Positions 27,101 through 39,893 of a stretch of DNA of 64,000 bases are shown piece after piece; within the stretch, counting starts at the first letter, position 1; each line of letters begins with the position of its first letter. The position numbers and the translations under genes are program-made. Under the pieces are notes generated by a model. It was given only the letters and a program-made list of their open reading frames with translations. It was not told the origin of the DNA and ran no database searches. The stretch is from Octopus sinensis (taxonomy: Eukaryota): positions 38,316,001 to 38,380,000 of the forward strand of contig NC_043014.1 in assembly GCF_006345805.1 (NCBI RefSeq), read 5' to 3'.

Positions 27101-27582
27101 ACATACATATGTATGTATCTGTTATGTATGTATCTGCTTTGGGGAATTTTAGTCGAACGAATCGACACTAGCGCTTATTTTTTAAAGCCTGGTAATTCTA
27201 TCTCTTTTGCTGAAACGCTAAGTTACAGGGACATAAACATACCAATACCGGTTGTCAAGCAGTGGTAGGGAGAAGCACACACACACATATGCACAAAGGC
27301 ACACATACATACATACATACATACATACATACATGCATACATACGCATATTTATGTATGTACTCGACCTGTTTCACAACGCTCCGAGTTCAATCCTCATC
27401 GTGGTCAAACGTGATCAGCAACTTTTCGTTTTATGCTTTCCATGTCTGTGGAATATATCAACTGACCGGGGAGGTGTGTGATAATCAGTCGAAATTCTTT
27501 GTTCTGCTCTTTCCTTTCCGAGTTCTTGGATGATTTAATATATGGCCCTTGTGTGTATGTATGTGTGTGTGTATGTATGTAA

Positions 27583-27812
27583 GGGAGCGAGCTGGCAGAA
27601 ACGTTAGCACACCGGGCGAAACACTTAGCGGTATTTCGTCTACCGTTCCGTTCTGAGTTCAAATTCCGCCGAGGTCGACTTTGCCTTTCATCCTTTGGGG
27701 GTCGATTAAATTAAGTACCAGTAACGCACTGGGGTCGATGTAATCGACTTAATCCGTTTGTCTGTCCTTGTTTGTCCCCTCTGTGTTTAGCCCCTTGTGG
27801 GTAATAAAGAAA
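27583..27812 (+). mobile_element. tRNA-derived SINE, family B
   Basis: Head gagctggcagaaacgttagc...ctgagttcaaattcc; central gtcgactttgcctttcatcctt..ggggtcgat; tail gtgggtaataaagaaa. Other copies at about 895-1045, 13790-14012, 19800-19930, 41005-41200, 55462-55690 and 62345-62567. Confidence 0.85.
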
Positions 27813-28196
27813 CAAATATATGGCCCTTGCTTACTTTTATTGGAGTTTTTTTTTTTTTTTTTTTTGCGTGTGTAGTGCAAGTATTTGGACTGAATTTCAG
27901 GTTTGAGGCGAACCGCTCTTGGAGTTATAAAAAATAAATAAAGTCATGAGCACTGCAGAATGAAATGATTGGGTCCGACTACTTGGACGCTGAACAATTG
28001 ATACAGCTAACCAAACATTCAGGCTATATTTGACAACGGTACTTTTTGGTACTGTAGGCGAGCACACTCACACACCTGCGCAAGAATATACACAGACTGA
28101 GGAGAGAGAGAGAGAGATAATTAATGGAGTTATACGCATGTATATATAATATAATATATATAATATATATATATATATCTATATATATTATATATA

Positions 28197-28333
28197 GGCG
28201 CAGGAGTGGCTGTGTGATAAGTAGCTTGCTTACCAACCACATGGTCCGGGTTCAGTCCCACTGCGTGGCACATTGGGCAAGTGTCTTCTACTATACCCTC
28301 GGGTCGACCAAAGCCGTCGTATATATGTATATG

Positions 28334-28370
<37 letters not shown>

Positions 28371-28556
28371 GTGTGTTTGTGTGTCTTGACAACCGATGCT
28401 GGTGTGTTAACGTCCCTCGTAACTTGGCAGTTCGGCAAAAGAGACCGATAGAATAAGTAATAGGCTCACAAAGAATAAGTCCTAGGGTCGATTTGCTCGA
28501 CTAAAGGCAGTGCTCCAGCATGGCCGCAGTCAAATGATTGAAACAAGTAAAAGAGA
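28197..28556 (+). mobile_element. SINE family A
   Basis: Same head, microsatellite and tail modules. Confidence 0.85.
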
Positions 28557-28629
28557 CTGTATATATATATATATTATATATATATATAGTATATATATAT
28601 ATATATACATATATGATAAAGAATATTAT

Positions 28630-28944
28630 ATAATCGTTTTCTGAATCACTTTCACTCGCACTAGACTGATGTACACCATCACTTGTAAACGCAATAGCTG
28701 ATTCACAAGCACTCGTTGACGGACTTGTAGATTTCTTTTTTTAAAAAAACAAGTCTAGAGTTGTTGTTTGCTTCGAAGAAGCTCTTTTTCGCTTTCTATA
28801 AATTTCTCGGTAACACGCAAAAGCACTTGTTACGGTAGAAGAAAATTTTGCACTTCGTTCAAAATTTGGATCCTGTGCTTGAAAAATAAATCTCGTAAAG
28901 CCGTGCTCTCGTAAAGCGGACCCTCGTAAACTGAGGTATTACTG
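28630..28944 (-). mobile_element. Tigger/pogo-like deleted element (TIR plus transposase C-terminus)
   Basis: TA|CAGTAATACCTCAGTTTACGAG terminus at 28944; downstream DPNFERSAKF...CYREIYRKRKRASSKQT..LDLFF. Confidence 0.7.
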
Positions 28945-29109
28945 TACACAACACACACACACACACACCAAGAATCTAGCTGCCTTGTAACTTATGCCTT
29001 GAATCAAGGCGGAGTCGGGGTTGATTTCCAAATCTTTTATATCTAATCTCTCTGCTAGGAATGCATTTTATTTTCCTATGACAGATTGGTTAATGCTTGT
29101 TTGATTAAC

Positions 29110-30039
29110 ATCAGTACAGTCATCACCGTCTTAATTAGTTGTATCATCGCCATCATTATACAAACATTAATTCTAATTATCAGTGTCATCATAATCGCCA
29201 TGACTCATTATCGTAATCCTCGTTAACACTGACATCGGTGCCATTGCCGTCGCCGCCGCCGACGCCGCCGACGCCATCGCCGTCGCCACCACCATCGCCG
29301 TCGACGGTGTCACCGCTGCCACCACCACTACCACCACCACCACCACTACTACCACCACCACCATCACCGCCACCACCATCATCACCACCACCACCACCTT
29401 CATAATAATCAGTATATTCTCATCATTACGACCAGAGCACAATGACAACCCATAGCCAATCAATGATTGCCATCGACGTAATCGTCGGGACCCCACCACC
29501 ACCACCACCACCACCATCATCGTCACGTCGTCGTGTCGTCACCATCCTCACGACGACGATCATCATCATTATCATCATCATCATCATCATCACCATCTAA
29601 AAAAACATACAAAGGAGCGTCTCTGCACAGTGGATCGATCTGCTGGAAATAGCTGCTAAATACTATAGAGGCTGGAGTACTTATCAGCTAGCTCTGCTTA
29701 GTCAGAGTTGGCCTGAAGTGGGTGCCAAGCAGTGTAATTATCATCACCCCCGTCGTCATAGTCACTTCATCACCGTCATCACCATCAGTATTACCAACAA
29801 CCAATCATGGTTTCAGCTACTTTCCGTATCGTCACGGTCTCCCGGTTCAGGACGATTTGACCGACAATTACGAGTTTTACCAGTCGTCATTCATTCATGT
29901 ATGTATGTATGTATGTATGTATGTATGTATGTATGTATGGATGTATGTATGTATGTATGTATGTATGTGTGTATGTATGTATGTATGTGTGTGTGTATGT
30001 GTGTGTGTGTGTATGTATGTATGTATGCATGCATGTATG

Positions 30040-30070
<31 letters not shown>

Positions 30071-30110
30071 GTGTATGTGTGTACATACGTGTATGTGTTT
30101 CTGCGGGTGT
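29110..30110. repeat. (CAC/CAT/CGT)n trinucleotide low-complexity block plus (TGTA)n
   Basis: Directly visible. Confidence 0.9.
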
Positions 30111-30214
30111 ACGTGCATGCGGACGTGTGTCCAACCTACATCTTCTCATCTCTGAATTCCATGTTTCTATACTAGTTCATATACAGACACGCATACAAAT
30201 ATATATATATATAT

Positions 30215-30570
30215 TGGCTGTGTGGTAAGTAGCTTGCTTACCAACCATATGGTTTCGGGTTCATTCCCACTGCGTGACACCTTAAGCAAGTGTCTTTTAC
30301 TATAGCCTCGGGCCGACCAAAGCCTTGTGAGTGGATTTGGTAGGCGGAAACTGAAAGAAGCCTGTCGTCTATATGTATATGTGTGTGTGTGTATATATGT
30401 TTATGTGTCTGTGTGTGTTTACGTCCACGTAACTTAGCGGTTCGGCAAAGAGACCGATAGAATAAGTACTAGGCTTACAAAGAATAAGTCCTGGGGTCGA
30501 TTTGCTCGGCTAAAGGCGGTGCTCCAGCATGGCCTCAGTCAAATGACTGAAACATGTAAAAGAATAAAAG
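30215..30570 (+). mobile_element. SINE family A
   Basis: Same modules. Confidence 0.85.
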
Positions 30571-30974
30571 AAAACGAATATATATATATATATATACATT
30601 ATATATATATATATATATTATATATATATATTATATATATATATATTACAAAAGAGTGGGGTGTGTTTCCACGCAGGTAAAAATATAGGGAAACGTGTTG
30701 TTGAATATGCACCTAAATTTCAAAAACTCGTAATTGTTTAAAATACATTATTTACATAAATACCAAACTAATTTCAACAATATTTTTTGTATATCAATGG
30801 TAAAAGTTTAAAACTATGAATTAGAAAAACATCTTTTCAAGTTTCAATGTTGACAAATTAACATGTTTAAAACAGATAAATTTAGCATTATGAATTGGGA
30901 GGACAGGTGTAAGTTTGAATATCCATAGCAAACAAATTGATATACAGTTTTAATATATACATATAATAGTTACT

Positions 30975-31200
30975 ATTATGCAAAAGTGTCGTAAGTCCAA
31001 AACATTGCTTTTTTCAGAAAACGAAAAAATAGTTTCACCATTCCATAGTAAAACCGTTGTAATACACTTTGACAGTTTTTGATATCTTGGCATCTGAAGC
31101 AGCTGGAGATACGATAGTTTCACCAAAAGAACCGGCTATTGCAAGCAAAAATAAATATTGAAAACAAACGCATTTGGCCAAATTCGGCCATTAATTTACA
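30975..31200 (+). repeat. Unclassified dispersed repeat (three copies)
   Basis: gctttttcagaaaacgaaaaaatag...gatatcttggcatctgaagcagctggagatacgatagt also occurs at 35845-35990 (+) and 39205-39420 (-). Confidence 0.7.
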
Positions 31201-31494
31201 TTTGCACATGATAGCAACAATATATATATATACATAGAGAGAGAGAGAGATGTATATATGTATGTATATATATCGGAAAAGCCTACCACCTTCGATGCCA
31301 ATAAACTATTATAGTTCTTTAACGCTATTTTTTATATCTACTACAGACTGCCCGAAGCTTACAAACTTCATACACTTAGATCTTTGAATCTTATAATTAT
31401 ATATCCATATACATATGCACACAACACACACACACACATGCATATATATATATGTATGTATACGTATATATATATGTACATATATATATATATA

Positions 31495-31549
31495 CCAAAA
31501 ATAAGCAACAAGAATGGATCGGTGGATCCATTCTTGTTGCTTATTTTGG
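31495..31549. repeat. Short hairpin (about 25-bp arms) next to a TA tract
   Basis: ccaaaaataagcaacaagaatggatc ggtg gatccattcttgttgcttattttgg. Confidence 0.85.
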
Positions 31550-31669
31550 GATTTTAATCACCCCACATAATTTTATGGGTAATACCATAAAAAAATTCTG
31601 GTGCATCTAAGTTAAGTACCATATTCATTTGAATCTAAATTGTTTTGCTGAAATTATATATATATATAC

Positions 31670-31701
<32 letters not shown>

Positions 31702-31750
31702 TACATACATATGTATATTTATACATATATGTGTATATTCATTTACCCAT

Positions 31751-32108
31751 TTACTTGTTTCAGTCATTTGACTGCGGCCATGCGGGAGTACAGGACTTAT
31801 TTTTGTAAGCCTAATTCTTATTCTATCGGTCCCTTTTGCTGAATCGTCAGGTTACGGGGACGTAAACACACCAACATCGGTTGTCAAGCGATGGCGGGGG
31901 GACATGCACAGACCACACACACACAAATATATGCATATATCTATATATAACGGGCTTCTTTCAGTTTTCGTCTACAAATACACTCACGAAGCTTTGGTCG
32001 GCCTGAGGTTATAGTACGAGACACTTGTTCAAGGTGCCACGCAGTGGAACTGAACCCGGAACCATGTGGTTGGGAAGTAAGCTTCTTACCACACAGCTAC
32101 GCTGCGCC
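31751..32108 (-). mobile_element. SINE family A
   Basis: Reverse complement of the same modules. Confidence 0.85.
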
Positions 32109-32259
32109 TATATATATATATATATAAGTGTATATAAGTTATATGCTTAGTATGTACCTATTGTTTTAAGGGAATTTCAATCCCCAAGAGTACTAGGTAT
32201 TGAACCACCTTGGATCCGACCATCCTTTCACGAGGTTAACAAATCCTCCAATTAAATTG

Positions 32260-32330
<71 letters not shown>

Positions 32331-32557
32331 ATATATATATATGTATGTATGTAAATGTATGTGTATTTTTCAATGTTTACAAATAACACGGAAAAAATAA
32401 ATAGTTACCAGGATAACAAAAATCCACACAAGTACTAAGGATGTAACAGCTTACTTATAAAGGTAGAAATTCCAGGTTTTGGTGAAATGTTTTTATATCA
32501 CATAGATAAATAGATAAATTAATGGCATTAAACGCAGATGCTATTCAAATCTTTATA

Positions 32558-32645
32558 CTTCCGACATACGTTTCGAAGAAAAGATTAGTATTATTCCAGA
32601 AGGAATATAATTATGTAAAACAATGCAATCTTCTCATCAGGGTAA
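32558..32645 (-). ncRNA. Type I hammerhead ribozyme motif, partly decayed stem I
   Basis: Minus strand reads TTACC CTGATGA GAAGA...TCTTC GAAAC GTAT GTC GGAAG. The core is canonical; stem I contains an A-A mismatch. Confidence 0.6.
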
Positions 32646-32879
32646 AAAAAATAAAGGGAAACAAAACGCATAAGACATTTTAAACGAATGTGATTACTTT
32701 ATATATGATGAAGGGTACGCTGGTAGCATTTTTGTTTGTCTTAATAACTGACGAGATGCCGGAGCAGATTTCCGGCCCAAAATTGTGGCAACCAAATAAT
32801 TGCCACATATTATATTACAGACGAATTCCCTATTTACATAATATTGAGGTCTCAATCATTCTTTTGTTGTCACACTATT

Positions 32880-32937
32880 ACTATATATATATATATTATA
32901 TATAATTATTATATATATATATATATATATATAATAT

Positions 32938-32977
<40 letters not shown>

Positions 32978-33160
32978 TACATATATATAGATATTATACA
33001 TACATATATATATATACATACATATAATATAACATACATATATATACAATACATACATATATATATACATATAATATATATAACATACATATATAATACA
33101 TACATATATATACATATATACATACATACATACATATACAATACATACATACATACATAT

Positions 33161-33193
<33 letters not shown>

Positions 33194-33205
33194 TACATAC
33201 ATACA

Positions 33206-33239
<34 letters not shown>

Positions 33240-33284
33240 CATACATACATATATACATACATACATATATACATACATACATAT

Positions 33285-33317
<33 letters not shown>

Positions 33318-34277
33318 TACATACATACATATATACATACAACATATATACATATATATATATATAATATAATATCTATACATACATACATACATATATA
33401 TATATACATACATCTATATATATACATACATACATATATATATAACATACATACATATATATATATACATACATACATATATATATATATACATACATAC
33501 ATACATATATATATATATACATACATACATACATTATATATATATACATACATACATACATAATATATATATACATACATATCATACATACATATATATA
33601 TATACATACATACATATATAATATACATACATACATATATATATAACATACATACATATATATATATACATACATACAATATATATATATATACATACAT
33701 ACATACATATATATATATATCATACATACAATATATATATATACATACATACATACATATATATATACATACATACATACATACCTATTATATACATACA
33801 TATATATACATACATACATACATACATACATACATAACATACATAATATATACATACATATATATATATATACATACATATATATATACATACATATATA
33901 TACATATACATACATATATATACATATACATACATATATATATACATACATATATACATACATATATACATATATATACATACATATATATACATATATT
34001 ATACATAATATATATATACATACATACATATATATACATATATATATACATACATACATATATATACATATATATATACATACATATATATATACATATA
34101 TATATACATACATATATATATATACATACATATATACATACATATATATATATACATATATATATATACATATATATACATACATATATATAATATACAT
34201 ACATACATACATATATACACATACATACATATATACATACATACATATATACATACATACATATATACATATATATG

Positions 34278-34325
<48 letters not shown>

Positions 34326-34362
34326 CATATATGTATACATACATACATACGTACGTACGTGT
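32880..34362. repeat. About 1.5-kb compound (TA)n/(TACA)n microsatellite
   Basis: Almost entirely T, A and C; source of the YIYM-type ORFs. Confidence 0.95.
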
Positions 34363-34549
34363 GTGTGCGTGACATTTGAAGGACAGAGAAGACTATACGG
34401 TTAGGCAGAAGGCCGCACTACTTTATAAGATGCTTCAAACGTGAAGACAGCAGACAGTGTCGTCTGCCAGATATTGTTATGCAGTATTGGTTGATTATGA
34501 GCAAATTAATGTAAACTGATAGCAAATAATACAATCAGCTGTTGGAGAT

Positions 34550-34920
34550 GCTTAGTCATGGTATCAGTGGTGTATTTGCTGATGTTGGTGACGATGGTGG
34601 AGGTGGTGGTGATGGTGGTAGTGGTACTGGGGATGTATGCTGTGATAATGTTGATGGCGGTGGTGATGTTGGCGGTGGTAGTGATTTATGTGGTTGTATT
34701 AATGATGATAGTGGTGATCGTCGACGCATTAGTGTTGGTGGCGGCGGTGATGGTGATTGTGGTGATTATGGTGGTGGTGGTTGTGATGTATGTGATGATA
34801 ATGTTGACGATGGTGGCGGTATTGTATGTGGTGATCGTGGCGGCTGTGGTGCCAGCAGTAGTAGTAGTAGTAGAGATGTATGTGATGATGGTGTTGATGA
34901 TGGTGGTGGTGTAGAGGATA
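34550..34920. repeat. (GGT/GAT)n degenerate trinucleotide block
   Basis: Directly visible; source of the Gly/Asp-rich ORF. Confidence 0.9.
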
Positions 34921-34991
34921 GTGACCCAATAAATGCTAAACATGTTAAACAAGGACTCGAGCACTATGGCGTGGGGTATAATATATATATA

Positions 34992-35837
34992 TATTTTGGT
35001 TGTCCGGAATGTTCGTGCTGATTTATAGTAGCTTACCTTTCGACTTATTTTAGAACATGGTTGAGTCCATAAAATGTAAATATATGGGAAACTACCACCT
35101 GTATCATCTCTTGTGAAAGGTAAGAGAGTCCAGTTTGCTGGACATTGTTGTAGAGCTGAAAAGAGGTAATTTCTACTCTTCTCCTCTGGAAGCCATCTAC
35201 TCGCAATACCAGAGGGCGCACACTCTCCTACCCCTGATAATCTCCAGGGATACAGGCATCCAGCAACAGGACCTCCGTAATGCCATGATGGACCGTGAAG
35301 TCTGGCGTAGCATGGTAAATTCCATTGTCTCGACCACGGTCGAACAATGATGATAATGACTACACCTCCATTTAGAGCACAGTTTAAGCTATCTTTTCGT
35401 GGAAGAAGGTTTATGTTCCTATAACCTGTGTTAATTCCGTAACCCTTTAAAATGGAAGATAAGAAAGTTCATTTTCGACACTTGATGCTTTGGGAACCAG
35501 ACAAAAATTGCTGCAGCTCGGCTCGAATATGTTACCCCACCCTCCATATTCACCAGATATTGCTCCTTCAGATTTTCACTTATTCAGGTCTCTGCAGATT
35601 AGTCTTAATGGTAAAAATTTCAATTCCTTGGATGACATAGAAAGATACCTTGATGAATTCTTTGCCATGAAACCACCTCAGTTCTGGGAAGAGGGTATTT
35701 TCAAGTTAAAGGAAAGAAGAAGACGCATTGTGCAACAAAATGGTTCATATTTGGTTGATTAAAAATGTAATGGCAAGTATTTATTGACCTTTTTCTTTAC
35801 TTTAAAAATCGGCTCGATCTTTCCGGACAACCCAATA
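34992..35837 (+). mobile_element. Internally deleted mariner transposon, interrupted by an RTE insertion
   Basis: TIRs ttttggttgtccggaat... and ...ttccggacaacccaa with flanking TA. The N-terminus MEDKKVHFRHLMLW is fused to LPHPPYSPDIAPSDFHLFRSLQ...QNGSYLVD*. Confidence 0.85.
35101..35357 (+). mobile_element. 5'-truncated RTE-clade LINE inserted into a mariner
   Basis: VSSLVKGKRVQFAGHCCRAE...DTGIQQQDLRNAMMDREVWRSMV with a frameshift, then an (ATG)n-like tail. Flanked by near-duplicate actaccacct / actacacct. Confidence 0.75.
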
Positions 35838-35995
35838 TATATATCGTTGCTATTCTGCAAAAGTGTTGTAAGATCAACATGTTGCTTTTTCAGAAAACGA
35901 AAAAATAGCAAAACCGTTATACTACACATTGACAATTTTTGATATCTTGGCATCTGAAGCAGCTGGAGATACGATAGTCTGACACACATACATAC

Positions 35996-36027
<32 letters not shown>

Positions 36028-36696
36028 ATATGTATACGTGTCTGTGTTTGTCCCCCCCCCCAACATCGCTTGACAACCGATGCTGGTGTGTTTACGTCCC
36101 CGCCACTTAGCTGTTCGGCAAAAGACACCAATGGAATAAGTACTAGGCTTCCAAAGAATAAGTCCTGGGGTCGATTTGCTCGACTAAAAGGCGGTGCTCC
36201 AGCATGGCCACAGTCAAATGACTGAAATAAGTAAAAGTGTAAAGGAATATCGCAAGTGTGAAAAGGTTGCGGAACACTGCTCTACATGATCATTCACAGA
36301 GTTCATATCTCTCTCTACGATTTCATTATGTCTCTGGATAGAGGTCCTCCTAACTTTTACGTTTGACAGTCACTCCAGTGTGCTGAATAAATTAATACAT
36401 GGTCTTTCTGAGGGAAATGTTACATGTGATAAATTAGTGGTATATCCAGAGAGATACTAGTCTTTCGCATCAATTTGATGCTATTTTAAGCAAAGTTATG
36501 CACATGATCCATCCATACACACACAACACACACACACACGTATATATAAACGAGAGAAAATGTGCAACCGGTTTCAACCGTTTCAAAAGACAATTTAGCC
36601 ATGCTGAAATCAAAAGGGGAAATAAATTAAAATAATTTCGTTTTTGGATTTTGTTTGCAAGATTCTTTATGTGAGTTCGTGTGTTGAAGCATATTC

Positions 36697-36960
36697 TGTT
36701 GTGTCTGGGGAGAGTCATTCTCTTTTTGTGCCTTATAATTTAACACACTCAGCGGTAAAATTTCCACTTATTTCTTATTTTTATTTTCCTAAAATATTCG
36801 TTGCGTTTTGCAACCTTTTCGGTAGTCTTGACAATAAAAAAGGTTGCAAGATGCAACGAAAATTTTAGGAAAATAAAAATAAGCAATAAGTGGAAATTTT
36901 ACCGGTGAGTGTGTTAAATTATAAGGCACAAAAAAAGAATGACTCTCCCCAGACACAACA
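36697..36960. repeat. Inverted repeat (about 120-bp arms, 20-bp spacer)
   Basis: tgttgtgtctggggagagtcattc...ttgcaaccttt versus aaaggttgcaa...gaatgactctccccagacacaaca. Confidence 0.85.
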
Positions 36961-37386
36961 CAAACTAAAATAAATTAAATCAAATTACTCTGTCATGATA
37001 TCAGTTCTGGAATTTCACCTGTTTTTCTAACAAAATTCACAAGGTGCTGAAATTTCATTTCCTTCTAATTGCTGTTGGGTCGTAGAAGTAGCAGCAGATG
37101 TGGCTATTGGTAGTTGTTTAATCGACCCCGAAAGGATATAAGGTAAAGTCATCTTCGGTGGGTTTTGAACTCAGAGTACAGAGAGTTGGAACAAACAACG
37201 ATATAACGTCTAACGACTATGCCCATTTTTTTTTTTTTATCAAAATCATACTAATTCAAGTATCGACTTCGATACTAATCAATCAACTATCATAATTAAT
37301 AACTGCTTTATCGATGATTTAAAACTGTGGATTATCTCCGTGTCATGATGGATCAGCTTAAAGATCTTCTCTACTTATGTAGATGA

Positions 37387-37420
<34 letters not shown>

Positions 37421-37762
37421 GGTGGTAGTGGCGGTTAGCTGGTTAAGTGGATTAGATGCAATTCCCTTAATCCTAATAAGATCGTACAAGTATCAAGGAA
37501 TGGATTTCCTTTGTAGCAGATTTACTTTTCTTCGCAGATAAATCCAGGCTTTTTCCAAAACGAGCTGGGAACGTCGGAGCCCCTAGTGGTCACTCGACCT
37601 GCTAGAAATAGCTGACAAACAATTCTCAACCACCTTAAATTAGGAAGGCTACGATATTTCATGTAGTCCCAGATATATTATGTCTGAGAATATTAAAAAA
37701 AAAATCTTCTTAAATCAGTCATTCTCGTATGCTGTTTTAATTACTCTGTCTCTCTCTTTCTC

Positions 37763-37840
<78 letters not shown>

Positions 37841-37954
37841 ATTTATTCCTCTCTGTTTTTCTTCAATTCGAGTAAGGAAAATGCCAAGATATTTAGAAAA
37901 CGTGAATGTATCACTTCACTGGTGGATATGTTGTTGTTTAGCTCCATATTAGTT

Positions 37955-38350
37955 TCTTATTTCTTTATTGCCCACAAGGGGCTAAACATAGAGGGGACAA
38001 ACAAAAACAGACAAAGAGATTAAGTCGATTACATCGACCCCAGTGCGTAACTGGTACTTAATTTATCGACCCCGAAAGGATGAAAGGCAAAGTCGACCTC
38101 GGTGGAATTTGAACTCAGAACGTAAAGGCAGACGAAATACCTATTTCTTTACTACCCATAAGGGGTTAAACACAGAGAGGACAAACAAGGACAGACAAAC
38201 GGATTAAGTCGATTGTATCGACCCCAGTGCGTAACTGGTACTTAGATTATCGACCCCGAAAGAATGAAAGGCAAAGTCGACCTCGGTGGAATTTGAACTC
38301 AGAACGTAGCGGCAAACGAAATACCGCTAAGCATTTCACGCAGCGTGCTA
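37955..38350 (-). mobile_element. SINE family B, head-to-tail dimer
   Basis: Two consecutive reverse copies of the B consensus. Confidence 0.8.
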
Positions 38351-38544
38351 ACCCTACTACTACTACTACTACTACTTATAATAATAATAATGATAATAGT
38401 AATAATAATAATAATAATATATTAAGTGAAATAGAACTAGTGCGTGTGTTTCTATTGGCATAATGACCCTCCTATGATACAACAAAATCTGTTTCAAAAC
38501 ATAACCTAAACCTCATGAACCCACTATCATGCTGTTAAAGTGTT

Positions 38545-38990
38545 AGCCGCCTTTCATGCCATGCCAGCCTTAACAAGACCATAAAGCGTGGTCTAAATGT
38601 AGCAGGCTTCCTATTCCAGCTCGAGCCAACGGGACTAGACCGAAGGAATGGTAAAAAGGTCTGACGGTATGACAATTTTACCGTCCTGTGGTGGGATGCT
38701 ATAGATTGTAACACCATCTCTAGTGGCAATTTGGCCTGTTCAGCTACAAGCCCAGGCTCTGCTGCTCGTCAAGCTGCGAAAAGCAAACTGACAAGGTATA
38801 GGTCGCTCCCTGACAGGTTTATGGTTGAGCCTGTGGCAGTGGAAACCTCCTGCGTTCTTGGTCCCCGGACCATATCCCTGCTCACCGCTATCGGGGCTCG
38901 AGATGACAGTCCGCAAGTGTGAGACCCCTGAATCAGAGTGGCTACTCCAGCGCATCTCCCGGGGCAACACCTTCTCAATTTTGTCTGGTG
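38545..38990 (+). mobile_element. CRE-clade non-LTR retrotransposon relic (restriction-like endonuclease domain)
   Basis: HASLNKTIKRGL..AG...LEPTGLDRRNGK(x)DGMT...WD...AARQAAKSKLTRYRSL...PVAVET..VLGP...WLLQRIS..RGNTFSIL, with frameshifts. Confidence 0.75.
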
Positions 38991-39466
38991 GGATCATGAA
39001 ACGGTCTGAAATGCACGAAGTTGTACGTTCCATTTCCTTATGTAAAGTTACTCCGTATATATTGCCCTGATGAATTAATATAAGCAAAGAAACTACATCT
39101 TGCCGAATTAAGTCAATGTTTTTCGCTATTTCACATCAAGAATTGGGCAAACCAAGTACAAACACGAAATCGTTGCTAGTATTTTAAACTGTCGTATATT
39201 CAAATTTGGTCAAATGTGTTTTTCTCTCGATATATATTTATGCTTGCAATAGCCAGTTCTTTTGGTCAAACTATCGTATCTCCAGCTGGTTCAGATGCCA
39301 AGATATCAAAAATTGTCAAAGTGTAGTACAACGGTTTTACTATGGAATGGTGAAACTATTTTTTCGTTTTCTGAAAAAGCAACGTTTTGGACTTGCGACA
39401 TTTTGGTATAATACCAACGAAATATTTCCCTCTTTTCACAGCAAAAAATAATAAGATGTGAAAATA

Positions 39467-39626
39467 GGCGTAAGAGTGGCTGTGTGGTAAGTAGCTTGCT
39501 TGCCAACCACATGGTTTCAGGTTCAGTCCCACTGCGTGGCACCTTGGGCAAGTGTCTTCTACTATAGCCTCGGGCCGACCAAAGCCTTGTGAGTGGATTT
39601 GGTAGACGGAAACTGAAAGAAGCCCG

Positions 39627-39711
<85 letters not shown>

Positions 39712-39893
39712 TCCCCAACATCGCTTGACAACCAATGCTGGTGTGTTTACGTCTCCGTAACTTAGCGGTTCGGCAAAAGGCACCGATAGAATAAGTACAA
39801 GGCTTACAAAGAATAAGTCATGGGGACGATTTGCTCGATTAAATGCAGTGCTCCAGCATGGCCACAGTCAAATGACTGAAACAAGTAAAAGAG
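39467..39893 (+). mobile_element. tRNA-derived SINE, family A (bipartite, internal TA/TG microsatellite)
   Basis: A/B-box-like head (tggctgtgtggt, ggttcagtccc), CORE-like ccttgggcaagt, (TA)n(TG)n, then a second module ending gaaacaagtaaaagag. About 25 full or partial copies in the window. Confidence 0.85.

Noticed and set aside
27362-27405. ACGATGAG...GAAACAGGTC on the minus strand
   Set aside because: The core differs at two positions and the stems do not form.
32745-32800. CTGACGA...GCCGGA/TCCGGC hairpin
   Set aside because: GAAA is replaced by CAAA and there is no NUH or stem I; at most a dead relic.
32896-34375. Long ORFs (113-322 aa) rich in Y/I/M/V/C
   Set aside because: Translations of TA/TACA microsatellite. 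The same applies to ORFs at 25736-26319, 29718-30228 and most ORFs containing IYIY or HTHT runs.
34542-35021. 159-aa Gly/Asp-rich ORF
   Set aside because: Built from (GGT/GAT)n repeats, with no splice signals or domain, and it runs into a mariner TIR.
39062-39105. CTGATGA...GAAAC downstream of the CRE relic
   Set aside because: No credible stem II, stem III or stem I pairing.
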